64,000 nt of DNA from IMG/VR virus record IMGVR_UViG_3300020122_000665, positions 21,476 through 85,475 of that record. One strand, given 5' to 3'. The DNA comes from a virus. The notes beneath the pieces are model-generated. The model saw only the letters and a list, made by a program, of their open reading frames with translations, searched no databases and had not been told where the DNA came from. A program made the translations under genes and the position numbers. Positions 63,835 through 64,000 of the stretch are shown piece after piece (the first letter of the stretch is position 1; each line of letters starts with the position of its first letter).

Positions 63835-64000
63835 CTACGCCGAGATCTTGACGATGGTGCCGACCGCGCCGCCGGCGCCCGACGCGCCGGTGCCGGCGCC
63901 CGCGCCGAGCGCGCCGCCGTTGACCTGGATGGTGCCGTCGACGCTCGCGGCGCTCACGCGGCGCTGCAGGAGCACGCCGCCGCCGCCGCCGCCGCCGCCG
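63835..64000 (-). CDS. C-terminal end of a glycine-rich protein (truncated by window edge)
   Basis: GGGGGGVLL...GTIQVNGG..GAG...GAGGAVGTIVKISA then stop. Confidence 0.6.
   Translation of the reverse strand, partial: GGGGGGGGVLLQRRVSAASVDGTIQVNGGALGAGAGTGASGAGGAVGTIVKISA

Overview
The whole window is a high-GC (about 70% by eye) temperate phage with a contractile (myovirus-type) tail. It appears to be in the excised form, because an intact attP (3' half of tRNA-Thr(CGT)) lies between the integrase and the lysis/tail genes. A Myxococcota-like host is inferred but not proven. Layout: (1) 0.5-12.9 kb, a rightward accessory and DNA-modification operon (pentapeptide protein, DUF3560-methyltransferase, Mom-like protein, C5 methyltransferase, DndC-like PAPS-reductase-family protein). 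(2) 12.8-22.3 kb, a leftward early operon (Cro-like, RusA, DUF2303, replication initiator, DnaB, dNTP diphosphohydrolase, methyltransferase, sigma factor). (3) A repressor and a stand-alone response-regulator receiver. (4) 23.4-36.3 kb, a rightward operon (recombination pair, radical SAM, RtcB, Xis, Int), then attP. (5) 36.5-64 kb, a leftward late operon (peptide deformylase, minor head protein, two tRNAs, scaffold, capsid, neck, sheath, tube, frameshifted chaperone, tape measure, baseplate, fibres, lysis-region genes). Terminase and portal were not seen and probably lie beyond the right edge. The most unusual signals are a four-copy two-hairpin module that sequesters Shine-Dalgarno sites, a shared GCACTAGT operator inside three sigma70-like promoters, a Cys-rich gene nested in-frame inside another gene, the DNA-modification cluster, signal peptides on fibre-like proteins and several structured intergenic regions. 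All family calls come from motif recognition by eye; no searches were run.
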